From: an uncultured Bacilli bacterium
GTDB taxonomy: Bacteria; Bacillota_I; Bacilli_A; RF39; UBA660
Length of the DNA: 44,506 nt
Direction: 5' to 3'
Assembly: GCA_944358145.1 (NCBI GenBank)
Contig: CALVQO010000002.1
Location: 1-44,506, forward strand
Shown here: piece after piece, positions 43,950 to 44,506 of the stretch
How the letters are laid out: every line of letters starts with the position of its first letter
How positions within the stretch are numbered: position 1 is the stretch's first letter
Notes under the pieces: generated by a model
Told to the model about the DNA's origin: nothing
Databases searched by the model: none
The model's input: only the letters and a program-made list of their open reading frames with translations
Program-made: the position numbers and the translations under genes

Positions 43950-44046
43950 AAAAGATGTCAATTAATAAACACTTATAAAATCCTTATTTATTTTTAAAAC
44001 ATTTTACATTTAAAATAATATATGGTATATTTTAAATGGTGATAAT

Positions 44047-44506
44047 ATGGATATTATATACGAAAATTGGTTTATTATAATGCTTATACTTTTATCAATT
44101 ATCATATATTTTCCAATTTCATTAATTTTAAATAAATGTAAAATAGTGATAGTAAAAAAATAATATTTATAAAAATATCAATAAGTTTAAGTTGCATATG
44201 TGCATTAGTTTGGATTTTTTCTTATTTTTATATAAGAATTAAAAGTAATAGCATTGAAATGGCAGAAAATAATATAGTATCTCATATATCAATGTTAACT
44301 TTTTTGACACTATCAATACCGGGAATACTCATGTTGATGTTTGGCAACATTAAACCACCCAAACCAGATAAATATTTGTTAAAACAAGATAATTATCTAG
44401 ATTTTAGTAATTATTTAAATAAAAGGATGTTATTAAATGACTATCAAGAAGTATATAGTGAAGAAAATCTAAAAATATATAAGAAGATCATAAAAAAGAA
44501 TAAACA
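44047..44506 (+). pseudogene. Membrane protein gene interrupted at an A7 run; 3' end outside the window
   Basis: MDIIYENWFIIMLILLSIIIYFPISLILNKCKIVIVKK* stops at 44161-44163. The frame that opens at the A7 run (44154-44160) stays open to the window end (IIFIKISISLSCICALVWIFSYFY...). One extra A would fuse the two. Promoter TTTACA-N17-TATATT lies upstream. Confidence 0.45.

Overview
Low-G+C, Firmicute-type chromosomal segment using the standard bacterial code. TGA terminates ORFs, and CotF-like and YjcZ-like sporulation genes are present. An Erysipelotrichia/Clostridia-like host is only an inference. All family calls rest on motifs and synteny read by eye; no searches were run.

Layout, left to right:
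- 3' end of a collagen-like GXT-repeat gene.
- A split DUF1016/YhcG nuclease.
- An IS1182-family IS with perfect 25-bp inverted repeats and a frameshifted transposase.
- recX-like and prsA-like genes.
- Two tandem YjcZ-like micro-ORFs that are missing from the ORF track.
- Two unknown helical proteins.
- A truncated dcw cluster (mraZ-rsmH-ftsL-PBP2B) with a clear MraZ operator.
- A Xer-type recombinase, then tgt.
- A promoter/leader/terminator unit ahead of an AlkD-like plus P-loop gene pair.
- A YbaK-like deacylase.
- A visibly G+C-richer FIST/ALDH/SDR operon.
- Decayed RhuM/Fic and DUF1016 genes.
- An RluA-family synthase and a NatAB-like ABC exporter.
- A CotF-like pair and a PMM/PGM gene.
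- An 847-aa protein with internal repeats, then a T-box leader and type-2 ileS.

The most unusual part is 33.4-44.5 kb. It holds an orphan phage tail-fibre-like gene with five HxH motifs whose 3' end is frameshifted. Next come a small HTH-like gene and a leaderless 2044-aa YD/RHS polymorphic toxin with lectin-like inserts and a C-terminal domain I cannot assign. A multi-TM putative immunity gene follows. Downstream are further cassettes separated by a repeated hairpin/promoter junction, one of which contains a ~60-nt relic of the RHS core.

Several gene disruptions sit in homopolymer runs, so sequencing error must be excluded before reading them as biology.
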